Shown here: piece after piece, positions 8,103 to 8,526 of the stretch
Numbering within the stretch: the first letter of the stretch is position 1
How the letters are laid out: the number at the start of each line of letters is the position of its first letter
Assembly (NCBI GenBank): GCA_043228905.1
Contig: JBHGNT010001434.1
Location: 1-8,526, forward strand
Direction of reading: 5' to 3'
Length of the DNA: 8,526 nt
Source of the DNA: Azolla caroliniana
Lineage: Eukaryota > Plantae > Polypodiophyta
The notes under the pieces: model-generated
Databases searched by the model: none
What the model was told of the DNA's origin: nothing
The model's input: only the letters and a program-made list of their open reading frames with translations
Translations under genes and position numbers: made by a program

Positions 8103-8325
8103 CTTGAGCATCGATACCTTCGCTTCCCCATTTTGTATCTTTTGTAATTGGGTAAGCACCTTTTTGTTTCGGCTTTTCTGAATCTATGCAATCACATTTG
8201 CAGTGTATCGGACAATCAAACTTCTTATCAGTTGGAGGGAGTAAATCTTGAATAAGTTCAGCACAAATCTTCTTTACATTGGTCCCCACCACATTCATTT
8301 GGTTTTCCATGTACTTCGAAGTTTC
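8103..8325 (-). CDS. Internal exon of ATI3-like protein, second half of the conserved N-terminal domain
   Basis: Acceptor gatcag|GAA; encodes ETSKYMENQMNVVGTNVKKICAELIQDLLPPTDKK...GIDAQ. Donor CAAG|GTGTTT is phase 1 (223-nt exon). Confidence 0.85.
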
Positions 8326-8403
8326 CTGATCAGTGTCATAATATTAACAAGAAGTTCATTAGCCTTTGTCTCAAGAAAAGTTCATGCAAAAATATGGTTA
8401 TAC

Positions 8404-8526
8404 CTGTATCAATAATGACGGGTTCCTATCAACTTCGACACATATATCTTCTAGTTTCTGGTACATACGATCAATCCAAGAAAGCTCCTTTGTAGGGATG
8501 TTTGGATGTATTACTGCTTCCGTTTT
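8404..8526 (-). CDS. 5'-truncated exon of ATI3-like protein, first half of the conserved N-terminal domain; absent from the ORF track
   Basis: Encodes KTEAVIHPNIPTKELSWIDRMYQKLEDICVEVDRNPSLLIQ. Donor CAG|GTATAA opens a 78-nt phase-0 intron (8326-8403) with a CTAAT branch-like motif. The start codon is probably outside the window. Confidence 0.82.

Noticed and set aside
8026-8310. Stand-alone 94-aa gene starting at ATG 8310
   Set aside because: The conserved domain continues upstream across a 78-nt intron, and the hydrophobic tail after 8103 is intron read-through.

Overview
AT-rich eukaryotic nuclear DNA, almost certainly from a land plant (GT-AG introns, plant-type U6, plant L1 relics); the lineage cannot be fixed from the sequence. 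The right third (5782-8526, minus strand) holds four phase-compatible coding exons of a 5'-truncated gene. It has the N-terminal 'W..YQK.E..C.EVD...Q/ET.KY.ENQ...VG..VKK...E..QDLLPP' domain and a C-terminal acidic WELL motif, consistent with the ATG8-interacting ATI3 family. The left half is a decayed repeat field: two L1-type LINE ORF2 3' relics, compound microsatellites, a MITE-like element and several tandem duplications. It also contains a full-length U6 snRNA pseudogene fused head-to-head to a composite element of convergent tRNA-like Pol III modules; that element recurs inverted about 2.4 kb away. All alignments and family assignments were made by eye from recalled consensus sequences.
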